NCBI GenBank assembly: GCA_963708295.1
Contig: CAVPSJ010000004.1
Location: 640,001-704,000 of the forward strand
DNA: 64,000 bases
Source: an uncultured delta proteobacterium
GTDB taxonomy: Bacteria > Desulfobacterota > BSN033 > UBA1163
Direction of reading: 5' to 3'
Shown: positions 30,282-40,465 of the stretch, piece by piece
How the letters are laid out: each line of letters starts with the position of its first letter
Numbering within the stretch: the stretch's first letter is position 1
The notes under the pieces: model-generated
Databases searched by the model: none
Told to the model about the DNA's origin: nothing
The model's input: only the letters and a program-made list of their open reading frames with translations
Made by a program: the position numbers and the translations under genes

Positions 30282-30440
30282 TACAAAAACTGTACAGAAA
30301 ATAGACATATTCGTAACTTATTAAAATAATAAGTATTTTTCAATAGAAAAAATCCAAACACTCCAATCTACCGTTTAAATTTATACAATTTTCCCTCCAA
30401 AATCCAATTCCATCCAATCCTTCAATTTCTTAAATGTGGC

Positions 30441-30488
30441 TAACTGGTTGATTTCATAAATTAATTTTTACTTTGGTACAAAAATTGC
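30441..30488 (+). promoter_or_regulatory. Sigma-54 promoter with an IHF site
   Basis: TGGTAC-N5-TTGC at 30474-30488; AATCAA-CCAG-TTA (IHF consensus) on the minus strand at 30441-30453. Confidence 0.75.
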
Positions 30489-30524
30489 TCATTCCATAGC
30501 CCATATGAATAAGGGAGGACTGTG

Positions 30525-30668
30525 ATGAAGTGTCATCGATGTGGTGGAACAATGGTTTTTGAAAAATTCTACGGCATTTGCGAAGAATTTTTCGGCTGGA
30601 GGTGCATTTTTTGCGGCGAGATCGTTGATAAAGTGATCATGGAGAATCGGATCGAACAGAAACGGTAG
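30525..30668 (+). CDS. 47-aa zinc-ribbon protein (not in the ORF track)
   Basis: MKCHRCGGTMVFEKFYGICEEFFGWRCIFCGEIVDKVIMENRIEQKR; two CxxC motifs; GGAGG RBS. Confidence 0.85.
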   Translation: MKCHRCGGTMVFEKFYGICEEFFGWRCIFCGEIVDKVIMENRIEQKR

Positions 30669-30720
30669 TATTCCCTTCCAAAAGGCTGACTGAGTGAACT
30701 CATCTTGGAAGGGGATCTTT

Positions 30721-31086
30721 ATGGCAAGTAAGATTTGTATTGTCGATCACGATCTAGCCAGTCGAGGTTACTTAAGAGAATGTTTGGAGAGAGAAGGTCA
30801 TCAGGTTATCACATTAGATAGCGGCTATCAGATCAAACCTTACCTTTCTAAAGAATATCTCAATATCCTCATCCTCAACATTGAAAGCCCCGGGGTTAAA
30901 GAAAAGGGGCTGCTGTTCGAGATCCAGAAGTCCTGCCGGCCGAGAATCCTGCTGATTGTTTCGGAAAGGCAGGACCCCTTCCTCAAAGAGGCCATCGATG
31001 CGGGCGTGTATGGTTTTATTCATAGACCTTTTAACCTCAAAGAGGTCTGCACGATGGTCGACCATCTGACCCGATCATGTAACTGA
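30721..31086 (+). CDS. Single-domain response regulator, apparently atypical
   Basis: REC pattern IVDHD...; Asn (ILNIE) where the phospho-Asp is expected and RP in place of KP. Confidence 0.75.
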   Translation: MASKICIVDHDLASRGYLRECLEREGHQVITLDSGYQIKPYLSKEYLNILILNIESPGVKEKGLLFEIQKSCRPRILLIVSERQDPFLKEAIDAGVYGFIHRPFNLKEVCTMVDHLTRSCN

Positions 31087-31127
31087 TAAAATTCCAAACC
31101 CGAAGCACGCCCAAGGACCAATTGGTT

Positions 31128-31309
31128 AAATCCTAAACTCGAAACCCTAAACTCTAAACAAACCCAAATGTCCCTGCCTGCCGGCAGGCACAAAACTCAA
31201 AACCGTATAACTTAGAAAATAGTCGATTCAATTGTTGAGAAATCAAAATTACCTTTTGAGTTTTATATTTTGGATTTATTTGGGATTTAGAGTTCAGTGT
31301 TTAGAGTTT
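31128..31309. repeat. Inverted heptamer-repeat arms around a possible four-helix-bundle gene remnant
   Basis: aaatcctaaactcgaaaccctaaactctaaacaaacccaaa versus tttggatttatttgggatttagagttcagtgtttagagttt. Confidence 0.65.
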
Positions 31310-31403
31310 TATACCATTTTGGATTTTTTGTGGCCCGAATCTCCCCGGCTGTGATAGAATGGAGTGTCGCTGGAATCCGTAAAGAGTAAGGAGCTATTCG
31401 TTC

Positions 31404-32318
31404 ATGGACGATTTATGGAAGGGTGTGCCGGAATTTCCCCGGTTTAATGAATTAACCCTCGAAGACAAACCTCTCCTCGATCAACTCTTCGGCCGCTTCC
31501 CTCCTGTGATCTCAGAGTTTACCTTTACCAACCTTTTCATCTGGCGACATGTCTATCGGACCAAAGTCAGTCGTTTCGGGAATCTCCTCTGCCTCCTGTC
31601 CGAGCGGGGACAGGATTCGTTTTTCTTTCCTCCGGTTGGAGAAGGAAATGTAATAGAATGTTTTCAGAGTCTACTGCAATACCTTGGCGGAAAAGGTCTA
31701 CCTCTTAAAATCGCCCGTGTCCCGGAAGCCCTGGTGACTCAGATCGATTGGAAGGCATCGGGAATGAAGGCCGAGCTGGATCGAAGCCAATGCGATTACA
31801 TCTATCTGGTTCAAGAGATGGTTGATTTGAAAGGCAGAAAATATCACCGGAAGAGGAATCATATCAAACAATTTCAGGAAAAATATTCCTTCCAGTATAT
31901 TCCCCTCACTCCGGAGTGGGTTCCGCAGTGCCTCCAGCTGCAAACCGAGTGGTGTGATCTCAGGGATTGCGAGGCGAATCCAGGATTGCACAATGAATCC
32001 CTCGCCACCAAGGAGGCCTTTACTCACTTTGAGGAGTTAGGAGTGAAAGGAGGAGCCATCCTGATCAATGGAAAAGTGGAGGCCTTTACTCTGGGAGATC
32101 CACTTAATCCGGAAACGATCGTCATTCACATTGAAAAGGCAAATCCCGCTTATGATGGACTCTATCCTACGATCAATCAGGCTTTCTTGAAACACGAAGG
32201 GTCAGGGTTTACTTATGTCAATCGAGAACAGGACTTGGGGGAAGAAGGCTTGAGGAAGGCAAAGGAATCTTATTTCCCCCTTCACATGATCAATAAGTAT
32301 ACGATTTCGTTTGAATAA
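31404..32318 (+). CDS. DUF2156 / phosphatidylglycerol lysyltransferase C-terminal-like protein
   Basis: SEFTFTNLFIW, DYIY, LKGRKYHRKRNH, HIEKA, NREQDLGEEGLRKAKESY. Confidence 0.88.
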   Translation: MDDLWKGVPEFPRFNELTLEDKPLLDQLFGRFPPVISEFTFTNLFIWRHVYRTKVSRFGNLLCLLSERGQDSFFFPPVGEGNVIECFQSLLQYLGGKGLPLKIARVPEALVTQIDWKASGMKAELDRSQCDYIYLVQEMVDLKGRKYHRKRNHIKQFQEKYSFQYIPLTPEWVPQCLQLQTEWCDLRDCEANPGLHNESLATKEAFTHFEELGVKGGAILINGKVEAFTLGDPLNPETIVIHIEKANPAYDGLYPTINQAFLKHEGSGFTYVNREQDLGEEGLRKAKESYFPLHMINKYTISFE

Positions 32319-32334
32319 AAGAAAGGAGAAGGAT

Positions 32335-32682
32335 ATGCCGGAAAAAGAATTCTTACCGTATTCTTACAAACGTTTTAAGAAAGAATTTCCAGGGTTAGAA
32401 AGGGAATATGATCGTCTTGCCAAGAAATGCCACGCCTCCGGGCCCCTGAATGAAAAGACGCGGAGGTTGATCAAGCTGGGAATTGCCATCGGTTCGGAAT
32501 CCGAGGGGGCCATCAAATCCCATGCCCGAAGAGCCATGGCCATCGGTATTACTCCAAAAGAGATTCGCCATGCCGCCCTTTTGGGGTTGACCACCATTGG
32601 ATTTCCGAAAATGATCGCTGCATTGAATTGGATTCATCAGGCTTTTGAAGAAGGTCCCCTGAAGCACAGAAGGGGCGACTAG
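32335..32682 (+). CDS. Carboxymuconolactone decarboxylase family protein
   Basis: GPLNEKTRRLIKLGIAIG...SHARRA...TIGFP. Confidence 0.88.
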   Translation: MPEKEFLPYSYKRFKKEFPGLEREYDRLAKKCHASGPLNEKTRRLIKLGIAIGSESEGAIKSHARRAMAIGITPKEIRHAALLGLTTIGFPKMIAALNWIHQAFEEGPLKHRRGD

Positions 32683-32734
32683 AGAAGCCCTGCCGAGATA
32701 GGTTATTATTCTGGAGAGAGAAAGGATTCCAAGA

Positions 32735-32947
32735 ATGGGAGAGAGAAAAGGCTGGAGAGTCAAAACCTTTACGACCGAGATAAAAATTTTTCAGACGATA
32801 AAGGAGTTGGAGACCCTGGATGAAAAGGTAAATCGTTTCATCGCAGACAACAAGGTGAAAAAAGTTGTCTCGGTCAATGACACGACCACCGCAGACAATA
32901 CTGGCGCGACGATTGGATTGATCCGTGTTTTGACTTACGAAATATAG
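32735..32947 (+). CDS. Small hypothetical protein
   Basis: RVKTFTTEIKIFQTIKELETLDEKVN...; operon-like position; start uncertain. Confidence 0.65.
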   Translation: MGERKGWRVKTFTTEIKIFQTIKELETLDEKVNRFIADNKVKKVVSVNDTTTADNTGATIGLIRVLTYEI

Positions 32948-33021
32948 AAAAGAGACGGTGTTGTCAGCGCTCAAGAGAAACAGCCTGTCAAGATTTGAAG
33001 TCTTCATTTGGAGAAAAACCT

Positions 33022-33276
33022 ATGATCCAATGGGAATACCACATTACCGTTCATGAGCTGCCGGAAAGACAAGCCTCCATGCAGAAACCTACGATTGAAT
33101 GCGATCAGGACGGTCTCTGTTTTGTCCACGATGTCTTTCTGGGAGGCGTTGAATGGCTGGAGAATCTCTTTCGTGAGAAAGGGAAAGAAGGCTGGGAATT
33201 GGTCCAATCGGGATACCATAACAGGGAACTTCTTTGTATATGGAAGAAGAAAAAAGAAGCCGGAAAGAAGGGCTGA
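33022..33276 (+). CDS. Small hypothetical protein (DUF4177-like)
   Basis: QWEY...GKEGWELV pattern; GGAGA RBS. Confidence 0.65.
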   Translation: MIQWEYHITVHELPERQASMQKPTIECDQDGLCFVHDVFLGGVEWLENLFREKGKEGWELVQSGYHNRELLCIWKKKKEAGKKG

Positions 33277-34406
33277 GAAGATTTATCCTCTCTCAAATTG
33301 AAGAGAGAGGTCCGATCCCCTTCTCTCAATTTATGGAATGGTGTCTCTACCATCCCGAGGAGGGTTATTACCAGACAGAAAGGACGAGGATCGGAAGGGA
33401 CGGCGATTTTTATACCAGCCCAAGTGTTCATCCCCTATTTGGAGGCTTGATCGCTAAGCAACTCTCTCAGATGTCAGAGCAATTGGACGGGGGACATTTT
33501 GATGTCGTCGAGCAAGGGGGGGGCAAAGGGTTTCTCTGTGAGGATATCCTCCAATGGGCGAAGAAGAAAGCCCCCGCCTTCTACCAGCGGCTCCGCTATC
33601 ATCTCATCGAAAGGTCTCCCCACTTATTAAAGGAGCAGAAAGAAAGACTCGGAGAACACGAAAAGGAAGGAAAGGTCTTCTGGACAGACCCGGAGGGCTT
33701 CGAGCGAGGAGAAGTGGTCATAGACGGTTGCTTTCTTTCCAACGAGCTGGTGGATGCCTTTCCTGTGCACCAGGTCATTTTCGATCGCGGTATTCTAAAA
33801 GAGGTCTACGTCACACAAGACCACGGCCAACTGAAAGAAATATGGGGAGAACTCTCGGATCCAAGGATCGCTTCTTATTTCCAATCCAATGACGTTGCTC
33901 TCCAGGAAGGCCAGCGGGCGGAGGTGAACCTGAAGGCCTTGGACTGGGTCGAAAAGGTGGCCCGGTGTTTGAAGAAAGGGTTTGTCCTGACCATTGATTA
34001 CGGCTATCTCGCGAAAGAACTCTATGCTTCTTATCGAAGGGAGGGAACGCTTCTCTGTTATTATCAGCATCGAACTTCAGAAAACCCCTATGAGAGACTG
34101 GGAGAACAGGACATGACCTCGCATGTCAACTTCTCCAGCCTGATACAAAAGGGAGAGGAGGTCGGCCTCCATCTGACCGGCCTCGTCCCCCAATATCAAT
34201 TCCTCCTCGCGCTGGGCCTCCTCCAGGAAATAGAGTCCCTGGAAAAAGGGTTGTCTGAAATGGATGCACTTCGAATGAGACTCTCCGTGAAGCATTTGAT
34301 TGAGCCGGAGATCGGGATGGGCGAAGTTTTCAAAGTACTGATCCAAAACAAGGGGACGGATTATTTTCAATTGGATGGGTTAAGAGATCTTGGCTCAATT
34401 CCTTAG
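33234..34406 (+). CDS. SAM-dependent methyltransferase, MidA/NDUFAF7 family
   Basis: FMEWCLYHPEEGYY, GDFYTSP, SNELVDAFP, IDYG, QDMTSHVNF. Confidence 0.92.
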   Translation: MYMEEEKRSRKEGLRRFILSQIEERGPIPFSQFMEWCLYHPEEGYYQTERTRIGRDGDFYTSPSVHPLFGGLIAKQLSQMSEQLDGGHFDVVEQGGGKGFLCEDILQWAKKKAPAFYQRLRYHLIERSPHLLKEQKERLGEHEKEGKVFWTDPEGFERGEVVIDGCFLSNELVDAFPVHQVIFDRGILKEVYVTQDHGQLKEIWGELSDPRIASYFQSNDVALQEGQRAEVNLKALDWVEKVARCLKKGFVLTIDYGYLAKELYASYRREGTLLCYYQHRTSENPYERLGEQDMTSHVNFSSLIQKGEEVGLHLTGLVPQYQFLLALGLLQEIESLEKGLSEMDALRMRLSVKHLIEPEIGMGEVFKVLIQNKGTDYFQLDGLRDLGSIP

Positions 34407-34415
34407 CGTACTTCG

Positions 34416-34600
34416 CCTCACCCCTCCCTCTCTCTATTGAGATTGTTTCGTAATGATAATGGAGGGTGGACATGGGTGGTACAGGCAGTCAGGTTCCTCA
34501 GCTCTAGAATGCGGTCCGACCGCCTGCACCGTTTTAGAACGGAAGTGGTTTTTCGTTAATTTATGAAACAGTTCCCTGGGACGGCAGGAGAGCGGAGGGG
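34416..34600. repeat. Nested repeat: ~135-bp TIR element inside a CCCTC/GAGGG palindromic repeat
   Basis: TIRs gattgtttcgtaa / ttatgaaacagtt; internal hairpin ggtacaggcagtcagg..ccgaccgcctgcacc; outer arms cccctccctctc / gagagcggagggg. Confidence 0.5.
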
Positions 34601-34613
34601 ATCAGGAGGCTCA

Positions 34614-35201
34614 ATGAAGGTTCTAGGAATTTTCGGCAGCCCACGAAGGGGAGGCAACACAGAGATTCTCTTGGAAGAGGCCCTTAAGGGCGCCGAGAAA
34701 GAAGGAGCCCAGGTAGAGCGCCTTTATCTCAGCGACGTCACCATCGCTCCCTGCAAAGAATGCCACGGATGTGACGCCACTGGAAACTGTGTCATTCTGG
34801 ACGATATGCAGAAAATCTATCCCAAACTGCTGGAGGCAGACGTTGTGATTTTCGCCTCACCGATCTTTTTCTACGGCGTCACCGCCTGGGCCAAGGCCCT
34901 GATTGATCGAACTCAACCCCTCTGGGTAAGAAAATATCTTCTCAAAGATCCTTCCTTGGGAAAAGGAGGAAAAAGACGGATCGGGTTCTTTATCTCTGTC
35001 GGAGCGACAAAAGGACCGAAAGTTTTCGACGGGGCCGTTCTCACGGTAAAGTATTTCTTCGATGTGCTCAACGCGGAATATGTGGGCGACCTGGTTTTTC
35101 GGGGCGTGGAAGCAAAGGGAGATATCCTCAAACACCCGGAGGCACTTCAACAGGCCCTTGAGGCCGGAAAGAGGCTGGTTTCGGACCTGAAGAAGAGGTG
35201 A
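34614..35201 (+). CDS. Flavodoxin family / iron-sulfur flavoprotein
   Basis: GSPRRGGNT, PCKECHGC...C, ASPIFF. Confidence 0.9.
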   Translation: MKVLGIFGSPRRGGNTEILLEEALKGAEKEGAQVERLYLSDVTIAPCKECHGCDATGNCVILDDMQKIYPKLLEADVVIFASPIFFYGVTAWAKALIDRTQPLWVRKYLLKDPSLGKGGKRRIGFFISVGATKGPKVFDGAVLTVKYFFDVLNAEYVGDLVFRGVEAKGDILKHPEALQQALEAGKRLVSDLKKR

Positions 35202-35227
35202 GGAGATGAATAGAGGGGGTGAGACTC

Positions 35228-35413
35228 ATGACACAATGGAAATGCGCAAACTGCGGTTACACCTTTGGGGCCGATACCGTGCCCGAACAATGCCCTTCCT
35301 GCAAACAGACCTGTACGTTTAGTGATGTGACGTGCTACATTCCGGATTGTGGGGGACCGGGCAATATCGACCCGAGACTCGCGGGGAAGAAGGACAAGCC
35401 TGCCAATGAATAA
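35228..35413 (+). CDS. Rubredoxin-like small protein
   Basis: WKCANCGY...CPSC...DVTCYIPDCGG. Confidence 0.8.
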   Translation: MTQWKCANCGYTFGADTVPEQCPSCKQTCTFSDVTCYIPDCGGPGNIDPRLAGKKDKPANE

Positions 35414-35492
35414 CGGTTTCGCGAAGGCTGAAAAACGCATGAATGATTTGCCTTATCATATTTGAAGAGAGAGAAAGTAGGAGGTGAAAGAA

Positions 35493-36014
35493 ATGCGCCT
35501 GAAAGGAAAGAAAATACTTCTCCTTGCGGAGAATAACTATGAGGATTTGGAACTGTGGGTTCCTTATTATCGATTGAAAGAGGAAGGGGCAGAGGTCACG
35601 ATCGTGGGGACGGGAAGCAGCCAGACCTACACCAGCAAACATGGCTATCCCGTGCAAGTAAATAAAGAGGCGAAAGAGATCGATACAACTAAATATGACG
35701 GCGTCGTGATCCCGGGGGGGTACGCCCCGGACCTGATGAGGCGTTATCCGGAGATGGTCCGGATTGTCAGGGAGGCCAACCAGAAGGGAAAGGTGATCGC
35801 TGCCATCTGTCATGCGGGGTGGATGCTGGCTTCTGCTGGAATTTTGAAAGGAAAGAAAGCGACGGGTTTTTTCGCCATCAAAGATGACCTGGTCAATGCC
35901 GGAGCCAATTATGTGGATCAGGAGGTTGTCCGAGACGGAAACCTGATCACTTCAAGGAAGCCCGACGATTTGCCCGCGTTCTGCAGAGAGATCATCGAGG
36001 CTTTCGCAAAATAG
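35493..36014 (+). CDS. PfpI/DJ-1 family protein
   Basis: YEDLEL, IPGGYAPD, AICHAGW, TSRKPDDL. Confidence 0.93.
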   Translation: MRLKGKKILLLAENNYEDLELWVPYYRLKEEGAEVTIVGTGSSQTYTSKHGYPVQVNKEAKEIDTTKYDGVVIPGGYAPDLMRRYPEMVRIVREANQKGKVIAAICHAGWMLASAGILKGKKATGFFAIKDDLVNAGANYVDQEVVRDGNLITSRKPDDLPAFCREIIEAFAK

Positions 36015-36038
36015 CATTGGGAATGAAAGGAGACCGGA

Positions 36039-36665
36039 ATGGAGAGTGGCAAAAAAGAAACCCTGACGTGCCAGCATTGCGGTGCAGAGGCAGACATGAC
36101 GCTCCAGGGCCTTGAGAGTGTGGCGGAGGTGATCCAAAGGGAGAAGAAACTTCTCTGCAAAACCTGTGGGAAGGAGGTTCCGTGGACAAAGAGGGAGGAT
36201 ATTGAAATAGTTAAAACAGCCATGGGAGCAGAAAAGGACGCCTACCAGGCCTATTCGAAAGCGGCGAAGCAGACAAGAAATCCAAAGGGGAGGGATATGT
36301 TTCAACAGCTTTCTGAATTCGAAATGAATCATTACCAGAAGCTGAAAGAACTCCTCAAATCGCTTCAGGAGAAAGGAGAGTGGATCCTCTACGAAGGAAC
36401 CTCTCTCAAGAAGAAAACCATTTCCCTGAAGACGCAGAAGTCCAAAGGCCAGGAGCAATTGACGGATATGGACGCTTTGAAAATAGCCCTTCGAGAAGAG
36501 AAAAAAGCTCAGGCCCACTATCGAGCCATGGCTGAGTTGACGAAGGATCCCCGGGGAAGGGATATGTATAAACGATTGGCCAACGAAGAGGCTCTCCACG
36601 AGAAGTTGTTGAATGATCAATTTTATAGCCTTCACAACACAGGGATATGGAGCTGGGGAGACTAG
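36039..36665 (+). CDS. Rubrerythrin/ferritin-like protein with an N-terminal zinc ribbon
   Basis: CQHC...CKTC; ExxH motifs EMNH and EALH. Confidence 0.8.
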   Translation: MESGKKETLTCQHCGAEADMTLQGLESVAEVIQREKKLLCKTCGKEVPWTKREDIEIVKTAMGAEKDAYQAYSKAAKQTRNPKGRDMFQQLSEFEMNHYQKLKELLKSLQEKGEWILYEGTSLKKKTISLKTQKSKGQEQLTDMDALKIALREEKKAQAHYRAMAELTKDPRGRDMYKRLANEEALHEKLLNDQFYSLHNTGIWSWGD

Positions 36666-36780
36666 ATCGAATGCGGATTGCGCAATGCGGAATTTCGAGT
36701 GGGGACGCAGACTGAAGAATCCCTGAATAGATTATTTGGCTATGCGCTAGGCGCTCTGCGCTTTGCGGTCTGGGTGAAAG

Positions 36781-38889
36781 ATGGAAGAGAAAGAGAAGAA
36801 GTTCGAAGGCAAATCAAAGATCATTGTCAACATCGATAACATCCACTGCGGCGATTGTGCCCTGAATATCGAACGCTCGGTGGAACATGTCCCCGGCGTC
36901 CTCTCGGCAGAGGTCAGTTATGTCCTTTCCGCGGCCACCATCTATTATGACCCTCACCGGGTAGAAGAAGACCGGATCAAAAAGGCGATTACCAAGCCCG
37001 GTTATGCGGTCAAAGAGACTCTTGCAGAAAGAACCCGGTCTTTCTGGAGGGCAAGAAGATCTTTCATCTTCCTGAGCCTCTCCGGAATGACCCTTGGCCT
37101 CTCCTGGATTTTCCAGTGGATCGGCCTGGGGGGCCCTTCGCTCCCAATTGTTTTTGCCATCGCCTCCCTTATCCTCGGAGGTTATCCCATCCTGAAGAGT
37201 GCCATCCAGACACTCCTTATTCCGGATTTAAACGTGGACACCCTCGTCTCCATCGCCGCCATTTCAGCCACGGCCGTGGGTGCCTATCAAGAAGCGGCAA
37301 CCGTCATCTTCATTATGCTCCTGGGTGAGTTCCTGGAAGGGTTCACGGTGGGAAAAACTCGCAAGGCCATTGCTTCCCTCATTCAGCTCTCTCCGAAAAA
37401 GGCATGGGTAAGGCGGGGAGAGGAAGAAATACAAGTCCCCATTGAGGACGTAAAACCAAACGAGGTGGTGATTGTGAAGCCGGGGGAGAGGATCCCTGTG
37501 GACGGGAAAATTGTCTCCGGTTGTGGCTCTGTCAATCAGTCCACCCTGACGGGAGAATCGATTCCCGTCGAAAAAGAGGTCGGGGATAAGGTTTACTGCG
37601 GCACCTTCAATGAAACCGGCTCTTGCGAAATAGAGGCGACACAGGTGGCTGAGGATACAAAACTGGCGCAGATTAAACGTTTGATCTTGGAAGCCCAGGC
37701 AGAAAAATCCCCTACCCAGAGGATTATGGACCGCTTCTCGCGATATTTTATCCCGGCGATCATCCTGATTGCTTTGGCCACGTTCATGATCACAGGGGAG
37801 ATCATTCGGGCGATCACCATCCTCATCGTGGCCTGCCCGTGTGCACTCGTCTTGGGAACCCCGACCGCTGTGGTCGCGGCCATTGGAAATGCAGCCCGGC
37901 AGGGGATCTTGATCAAAGGAGGAGTCTATCTGGAACAGATGGGGAAATTAAAGACCCTTCTCATGGACAAAACCGGAACCTTGACATACGGAAGGCCAAA
38001 AGTGGTAGAGATAAGTCCTTTAAATGGAACGGAGGAGAAGGAAGTCCTTTATTGGGCTGCGATTGCGGAGAAACGTTCTGAACATCCTTTAGCGAGAGCC
38101 ATCACAGAGAAAGCAGAAGAGTTGGGTCTGAGCGTCCCTCATCCCCAGTCCTTCGAAGATTTTAGAGGGAAAGGCGTGAAGGTCCAGTGGAACTCCAAGA
38201 CCGTGATCGTGGGTAGTTCCGAAATGCTGGAAAGCGAAGGGGTTGAAATTCCGGAATCGGCAAAAGGGTTGTTGGAGTTGAAGCAATCAGAAGGGATGAC
38301 GTCCCTCCTCATCACGTTGGATCGTCGTCTTCTGGGAATCATTTCCATTGCCGATACATTGAGGGAAGGAGCCAGGGACGCTATCGATAAGATCCGGGAG
38401 CAAGGGGTATCGGAAATCTGGATGCTTACGGGTGACAGTGTCCTCGTCGCTGACCGCATTGGAAAAGAGTTGGGGATAAGGTATGAAGCGAAACTTCTTC
38501 CCGAAGAGAAGGTGCTGAGGGTGAAGGAGTGGAAGAAGCAAGGTCAAGTGGTGGCTATGGTCGGTGACGGGGTGAATGACGCCCCGGCCCTCGCCGCTGC
38601 CGACATCGGTATCGCCATGGGAGCAGTGGGAACGGATGTGGCCATTGAAACAGCCGACATTGCTTTGATGGCTGATGATCTCGGGAAGATTCCCACTGTC
38701 GTTCGACTCTCCCGGAAAGCCCTCCGGGTGATCAAAGAAAATCTTGTTTTTGCGCTTGTATTTAATTCCATCATGGTCATTCTCTCGGCCGAGGGATGGG
38801 TGACCATGATCCTGGGAGCGGTCATGCACCAGGCCAGTTCCCTCCTTGTCATCCTCAGCTCGATGCGCTTGCTAAGAAGAAATCTCTGA
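36781..38889 (+). CDS. Heavy-metal P1B-type ATPase
   Basis: HMA motif [29 protein letters not shown]. Confidence 0.95.
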   Translation: MEEKEKKFEGKSKIIVNIDNIHCGDCALNIERSVEHVPGVLSAEVSYVLSAATIYYDPHRVEEDRIKKAITKPGYAVKETLAERTRSFWRARRSFIFLSLSGMTLGLSWIFQWIGLGGPSLPIVFAIASLILGGYPILKSAIQTLLIPDLNVDTLVSIAAISATAVGAYQEAATVIFIMLLGEFLEGFTVGKTRKAIASLIQLSPKKAWVRRGEEEIQVPIEDVKPNEVVIVKPGERIPVDGKIVSGCGSVNQSTLTGESIPVEKEVGDKVYCGTFNETGSCEIEATQVAEDTKLAQIKRLILEAQAEKSPTQRIMDRFSRYFIPAIILIALATFMITGEIIRAITILIVACPCALVLGTPTAVVAAIGNAARQGILIKGGVYLEQMGKLKTLLMDKTGTLTYGRPKVVEISPLNGTEEKEVLYWAAIAEKRSEHPLARAITEKAEELGLSVPHPQSFEDFRGKGVKVQWNSKTVIVGSSEMLESEGVEIPESAKGLLELKQSEGMTSLLITLDRRLLGIISIADTLREGARDAIDKIREQGVSEIWMLTGDSVLVADRIGKELGIRYEAKLLPEEKVLRVKEWKKQGQVVAMVGDGVNDAPALAAADIGIAMGAVGTDVAIETADIALMADDLGKIPTVVRLSRKALRVIKENLVFALVFNSIMVILSAEGWVTMILGAVMHQASSLLVILSSMRLLRRNL

Positions 38890-38989
38890 TCTCCACGAGA
38901 TGAAGAGTCTCAGGGTTAAAGCCTCAAAGCCAGGGACCCTAGGAACAAAGGATGGTGTCGAAAAAATACGTCTTTAAAGGGGGAAAACA

Positions 38990-39607
38990 ATGGAGAAGGA
39001 TATAACCGCCGATAAGCTGGCGATCCGGGAGACCGTAGAGAACTGGGCAGTGTGGCGAGACGCCGGCGATTGGGAGCGCTTTGCGACTGTCTGGCATTCG
39101 GACGGGTGGATGACAGCCACCTGGTTTCAGGGGCCGGCAGAGAAATTCATCGAAGTGAGCCGCGAAGGGTTCAACAAGGGGGTCAACATCCTGCACTTCC
39201 TGGGCGGCTGGACGTGCGAGATTGTTGGAAACCGTGCGATCTCGCAGACCAAGATGACGATCAACCAGCGCGCGCCTGTGGAGGGTGTTCTGGTCGACGT
39301 CGTCTGCACCGGACGCTTTTACGACTTTTTCGAGAAGCGTAAAGGGCGCTGGGGCATTGTCCGGCGGCAGCCGATCTATGAAAAAGACCGGCTTGACCCG
39401 GTCGACCCGTCCGCCGTTCTGAAGCTCGACGCGGATTTGCTCGCACGCTTTCCCGAAGGGTATTGTCACCTCGCCTATCTGCAGTCGAAGAACGGATTCA
39501 AGGTCAAAACCGGTCTCCCCGGCTTGCGGGGCCCCGTCGTGGAGAAGGTTTACGCCGAAGGCAAGGCCTGGCTTGAGGGCTCGACTCGACCCGGCGAGCC
39601 GGTGTAA
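38990..39607 (+). CDS. SnoaL-like / NTF2-fold protein
   Basis: AIRETVENWAVWRDAGDW, GRFYDFFEKR, YEKDRLDP. Confidence 0.85.
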   Translation: MEKDITADKLAIRETVENWAVWRDAGDWERFATVWHSDGWMTATWFQGPAEKFIEVSREGFNKGVNILHFLGGWTCEIVGNRAISQTKMTINQRAPVEGVLVDVVCTGRFYDFFEKRKGRWGIVRRQPIYEKDRLDPVDPSAVLKLDADLLARFPEGYCHLAYLQSKNGFKVKTGLPGLRGPVVEKVYAEGKAWLEGSTRPGEPV

Positions 39608-39783
39608 GTGTTTTATTCCCAGGCCTGGCCTTCTAAAGCCTGGGAGAGGGTTTGCTCAGACCTTTTTGAGAACCGGGGGACCGGTCCAATACGAAAATTG
39701 CCTTGACCAGATGGATACCATTTCGTAAAATTGCACGGAGTGCGGGAAGAAGAAGGGAAAGAGGGTAAAGAGGAGGAGCGTTG

Positions 39784-40230
39784 ATGGACAAGAAACAATT
39801 TGAAGAGATGATTAGCTTTGCCATTCACAGAGAGATCGAATCGATGGATTTTTATAAGAAAGCAAGCGCCATGGTAAAACACTCAGGAACCAGGGATCTC
39901 TTTTTGGATTTCGTGAAGCAGGAAGAGGGACACAAGACAAAGCTCGAACAGGTGCTGGCAGGAAAAATCGTATTGGGAAAGATCGAGAAGATTCCTAACC
40001 TCAAGATCAGTGATTATACCGTTGAGGCAGAATTAAAACCTGATATCTCTTATGGCGATATCCTCCGAATCGCCATGAAGAGAGAAGAACGTTCGGTGAA
40101 ACTCTACACCGATTTAAATGAGAAGAACGAGGACCAGGCTTTAAAAACCCTCTTCAGCTTTCTGATTCAGGAGGAGAGCAAACACAAATATTACATTGAA
40201 AAGATTTACGATGACGAAATATTGAAATAG
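39784..40230 (+). CDS. Ferritin/rubrerythrin-like protein
   Basis: AIHREIES..FY, EEGH, AMKREE, EESKH. Confidence 0.88.
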   Translation: MDKKQFEEMISFAIHREIESMDFYKKASAMVKHSGTRDLFLDFVKQEEGHKTKLEQVLAGKIVLGKIEKIPNLKISDYTVEAELKPDISYGDILRIAMKREERSVKLYTDLNEKNEDQALKTLFSFLIQEESKHKYYIEKIYDDEILK

Positions 40231-40306
40231 TGGAAATAGATCTTAAACCCTATGCGCTGAGCCCCATGCCGCCTTCTTTGATTTCAAGGGACCATAGGAG
40301 AGAGAG

Positions 40307-40465
40307 ATGGAAAAATGGAAATGCAAGGTTTGCGGTTATATTTACGATCCCGAGGAGGGCGATCCTGACGGGGATATCCCTCCGGGCACACCCTTTAGTA
40401 AACTCCCCGACACTTGGGTCTGCCCAATGTGCGGCGCTCCCAAGGATATGTTTGAAAAAGAATAA
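40307..40465 (+). CDS. Rubredoxin (52 aa, not in the ORF track)
   Basis: [52 protein letters not shown]. Confidence 0.95.
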   Translation: MEKWKCKVCGYIYDPEEGDPDGDIPPGTPFSKLPDTWVCPMCGAPKDMFEKE

